DNA of 32,000 nucleotides from Wolbachia endosymbiont of Litomosoides sigmodontis (GTDB lineage Bacteria; Pseudomonadota; Alphaproteobacteria; Rickettsiales; Anaplasmataceae): NCBI RefSeq assembly GCF_013365435.1, contig NZ_CP046577.1, positions 90,001 to 122,000 of the forward strand, read 5' to 3'. Shown piece by piece: positions 29,137 to 32,000 of this stretch (position 1 is its first letter; each line of letters starts with the position of its first letter). The notes under the pieces were generated by a model. It saw only the letters and a program-made list of their open reading frames with translations, ran no database searches and was not told where the DNA came from. The position numbers and the translations under genes were made by a program.

Positions 29137-30130
29137 ATACCAGTTTTCACTGTACAAGGAACAAGATAGATAATAATGAAAAGAAAGCTTTACTGTAGTA
29201 AATAAAACAACTAGGTTTAAATGGTGTTAAGATCAAGATTATTGGATGAAAAAGTAGTAAGATCAGTAAAAGAAATGCCAAAGAAAGTGCAAAATAATGT
29301 ATATGTTCAAAAAAACTAAGTGCTATAATTGTAAGCAAAAAGCACAATATAACAGTGTAGCAAAAATATGCTGCGTTTCAGGAACAGCATTAACTGCATG
29401 GATAAAGTATCCGAAACTTAGAAGAGAAGAAAAATCATTTGCTTCTCTTCAACGTCGTAGAAAAACTAGATTTGAATCAGAGTCAATTTGAACAAGTTGA
29501 AGTATGGATATAAGAAAATATCAATATTATCATTAGAGAAATAAGGATAAGAATCTAGGAAAAATTTGGCTTATATCTTGGGAAGTTTATAATATATCGT
29601 AATATGCAAAAATGAAGTTTTCATGTCTTATGTCAGGACCAATTCACAGTAAACAGGATAAAGGTAGATAAGAGAGAGTTTAAAAAAAACTAATGAGGCT
29701 ATTGCTAAGGTATTCTGAACATGAATTATTCATCTTTGATGAATCGTGATTTGGTACGTGCATATTCGAAAATTGGGTACTGGTGTTTAAAATGGCATTA
29801 GAACACAAGTTAAAGCAAAATTAGGTAGATAAACTTTTGTCTCTACAGTGCAATTAATCCTGGAAATGGAGCTAGTTCTAGTTTATTTATATCTAATGTC
29901 CAACACTGATTTTCTATTTAAGAACATGAGAAACCTTTCTTGTTATGAGTTGTATTGATTAGCATAAGCTAAAAAATTTAAAGGTACCTAAAAATATTGA
30001 GATTATGTACCTAACACTATACTCACCAGAATTTAATACTATTGAGAGACTTTAGTTGCATATAAACAGGATATTTACATAATAAGCTCTAATATCATTT
30101 ACTTTACCTACTAACAATAAAAACTAGTAT
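29137..30130 (+). mobile_element. Degenerate IS630/Tc1-mariner-family element, copy G (994 bp, ~70-bp deletion near the 3' end)
   Basis: Left end ataccagttttcactgtacaagg, right end ctaacaataaaaactagtat. Remnants LFIFDES and FLLL*VVLISISAKKFKGT (MDN/HKSK region). Confidence 0.75.
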
Positions 30131-30219
30131 TGCTTGTATAATATGCCATGTCTATAATTACTAGACTTAAATTTTCTTAGGCCATCAAGTAAAGAAATAA
30201 AGTTTTATGACAATTAGTT

Positions 30220-30972
30220 TCATTTGTGGCTTAATTCATCTACTTTTTTACGCAATATATCTAAATCTGTTGCTCCTATAAACAGACTATCCCCGATTAT
30301 TAAAAAAGGTGTACCACCTACTCCTAGCTTCTTGACTAAGAATTTACTATTGTTTATCATTTGCTCAATTTTGTCTACGTTATTTTTCATGGACTTATTG
30401 AAGTCATTCTCATTGATTCCTGTGCTTTTTACTATGTCCAATATATTTTCGTCTAAAAGTTCTCTTTTGTAATCTAAGGCAGCATAGTGAAAATCGAAAT
30501 ATTTTCTTTTATCAATAAAATAGATAGCTAAAGCACTTTTTGCTGCTTTTAAAGAGTTGTTACCAAGTATTGGAGTATCTCTAAAGATGTATTTAATTTT
30601 GCCATCGTTGATTAACTGTTTTATATTATCCTTTATGGCTTTACAATATTTACAAGAATAGTCAAAAAATCCTACAGCTATAACATTGCTATTTTCATTT
30701 CCTAAGTAAGGGTAAGCGGGATCAAGTATTTCATTTTTGTATTGTAAAATTTTACTTTTAGTTGTGTTCTCATGAATAAGATAACTGCTTTTAATTAGTT
30801 CTTCTTGGAGAGTCTTGGGAATCTTGTTAAAATTTTTGTTTATATAGTTATCTAGTCTCTCACCTGTATAATCATTGTTTAAAGCTTGATTGCAATATGG
30901 AAGTAAATTGTTTATTACTGCTGAACTTGCTATTACTATTATTAGAATCAATAAAAATGGTATTTTAAACAT
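30220..30972 (-). CDS. DsbA-family thiol:disulfide oxidoreductase, secreted (start placed at internal Met preceding a signal peptide)
   Basis: MFKIPFLLILIIVIASSAV signal-like N-terminus. CxxC active site in FFDYSCKYCK. GGTPFLIIG cis-Pro-loop region. The longer ORF to 31104 adds 44 non-signal-like residues. Confidence 0.8.
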   Translation of the reverse strand: MFKIPFLLILIIVIASSAVINNLLPYCNQALNNDYTGERLDNYINKNFNKIPKTLQEELIKSSYLIHENTTKSKILQYKNEILDPAYPYLGNENSNVIAVGFFDYSCKYCKAIKDNIKQLINDGKIKYIFRDTPILGNNSLKAAKSALAIYFIDKRKYFDFHYAALDYKRELLDENILDIVKSTGINENDFNKSMKNNVDKIEQMINNSKFLVKKLGVGGTPFLIIGDSLFIGATDLDILRKKVDELSHK

Positions 30973-31259
30973 GAATTTATTAGAGGATCTACAATATAAA
31001 ACTTTTAGTATGCATTTACCTCTATATTGAAAAAAACATCTAGTATTGATATGTAAAACTTTTATATTTAAGTGTATATTATAGCTAATTTTATACAAGT
31101 GCAAATTTTACGTGGGGACTTAAATAGGATTTACCAAGAAACTTTGATCAGGCGAGTGAAGCGTGCTAGAACAGCTAATTTATAGAGCGCTCTATCTTTT
31201 GCTGCCATGTATAGAGTGATTATAAACACTACGGTAAAAAGTTGATTATCTTATAACTT

Positions 31260-32000
31260 CCACATGTAATGCTAACGAGCATGGTGGTAAGTTATATCAA
31301 AGAACTAATAAGTGATAAAAAAGGAAATGGCCATTTTATAAAGTAGGCTTCATTCCCAATTTGCTGAATTTATTGCTGTTTATGATTGATGTTGTGTAAG
31401 TTAAATTTACTTAATAAGGCTATTTTTGTCCAATATTATTGTGTAACTCTATTTGAACAAATGGTCCTTAACAAAGGTAGTCAAGTGAGAAGCTTGAGGT
31501 CTTTTGTAAAATCGTTGCTTAAAGCTTTTTACAAGAGGTGCAGAAATGGCTGTATTTTTGAAAACTAGATGTATGTATTATATCAATTAACATTTACTAT
31601 TGATAATATAGGTAAGAATAGTCAGGTTGTTTTATTTTTTGATGAATTGCCGTAGCTAGCTATAAGAAAATCTGATTTTCTAAAGCATTAGGGTATTTTT
31701 AGAATATATCTTAGACCCACTGAAAGTGGGTTATTTGGGTTATATGTAATTCATTAAATGTTTAAAAATATACTTTATACCAAAGAAGAATTATATAATC
31801 GTATTGTTGTAGAAATATCTTTTTTTTTACTTACATGAAACTAAAGAATACCCAAGATATTTAGGAATTAGCCTTAATCACTAGCAGATATTACAAGTTT
31901 GCATATTATGGGAAAAATATTACATTGGCTTAAGAAAATAAGTAAAGGACTATTAGCAGTGCAAAATATTAATGCGGTCTGTTTTTAGCGAGATAGTTTG
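31260..32000 (+). pseudogene. Remnant of an AAA-type ATP-binding protein gene (DELPW family), degraded, continues past the window end
   Basis: VVLFFDELP*LAIRKSDFLKH*GIF (31626-31700) parallels V.F.DELPWL.t.kSgFL.AL..FWN. KEELYNRIVVEISFFLLT (31783-31836) parallels kGgLyNRit..i.L.PF.L. A possible Walker-A relic HGGKLYQR lies near 31290. Stops and frameshifts throughout. Confidence 0.4.

Noticed and set aside
753-29491. Short ORFs from the six-frame track lying inside IS copies: 753-941, 2668-2862, 3108-3299, 8063-8344, 8268-8453, 16126-16398, 16580-16780, 17065-17274, 26119-26307, 26282-26494, 29147-29347, 29297-29491.
   Set aside because: They recur as mutually frame-shifted, stop-interrupted versions of the same IS sequence on both strands. 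They are chance open stretches in a dead transposase gene or its antisense strand, not genes.
636-30130. Dispersed repeats as a possible CRISPR array or other regularly spaced repeat system.
   Set aside because: The repeat units are ~1 kb IS copies at irregular spacing of 1-6 kb, in both orientations, with transposase relics. There are no short direct repeats with unique spacers and no cas genes.
30973-31104. 44-codon N-terminal extension of the DsbA-like ORF.
   Set aside because: The extension (MHLYKISYNIHLNIKVLHINTRCFF...) precedes a clear signal peptide that begins at an internal Met, so the internal start at 30972 is preferred.

Overview
AT-rich window whose gene set and order look like a reduced Rickettsiales/Anaplasmataceae endosymbiont. 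I recognise it as Wolbachia-like, possibly nematode-associated, but this needs a database search. By my coordinate arithmetic, about 51% is intact housekeeping coding sequence: ybaB tail, grxD, tlyC-like, ubiX, folD, mrdA/PBP2, proS, acpS, lgt, smpB, rpsU, sucC, sucD, dapF, a nitroreductase, xth, hemD, tldD and a DsbA-like oxidoreductase. There are also tRNA-Pro(UGG) and tRNA-Leu(CAG). About 27% (~8.7 kb) derives from one dead IS630/Tc1-mariner-type insertion sequence of ~1.05-1.08 kb with termini TA-CCAATT...AATTGG-TA. It is present as 7 long copies plus 6 fragments, and none has an open transposase frame. Four loci are foldback composites: an inverted copy of the IS 3' part (about 300, 428, 435 or 533 bp) is fused to the left terminus of a complete or truncated copy. 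About 8% more is non-IS pseudogene: an argD/dapC-like aminotransferase split by an IS composite, a GapR/DUF2312 gene with two compensating frameshifts, a NodB-type polysaccharide deacetylase with six in-frame stops, a frameshifted bioY and an AAA-ATPase remnant. The most interesting gene is ORF 11697-12902. It is a membrane-anchored protein with a proline tract, two to three WH2 motifs (two from a near-perfect 132-bp tandem duplication), and a connector plus acidic-Trp region resembling a eukaryotic WASP/WAVE VCA module. That makes it a candidate host-actin/Arp2/3 effector. It may be an orthologue of the WAS(p)-family protein I recall from Brugia malayi Wolbachia, so it is not necessarily new. 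No CRISPR, rRNA, prophage, secretion-system or toxin-antitoxin loci were recognised.
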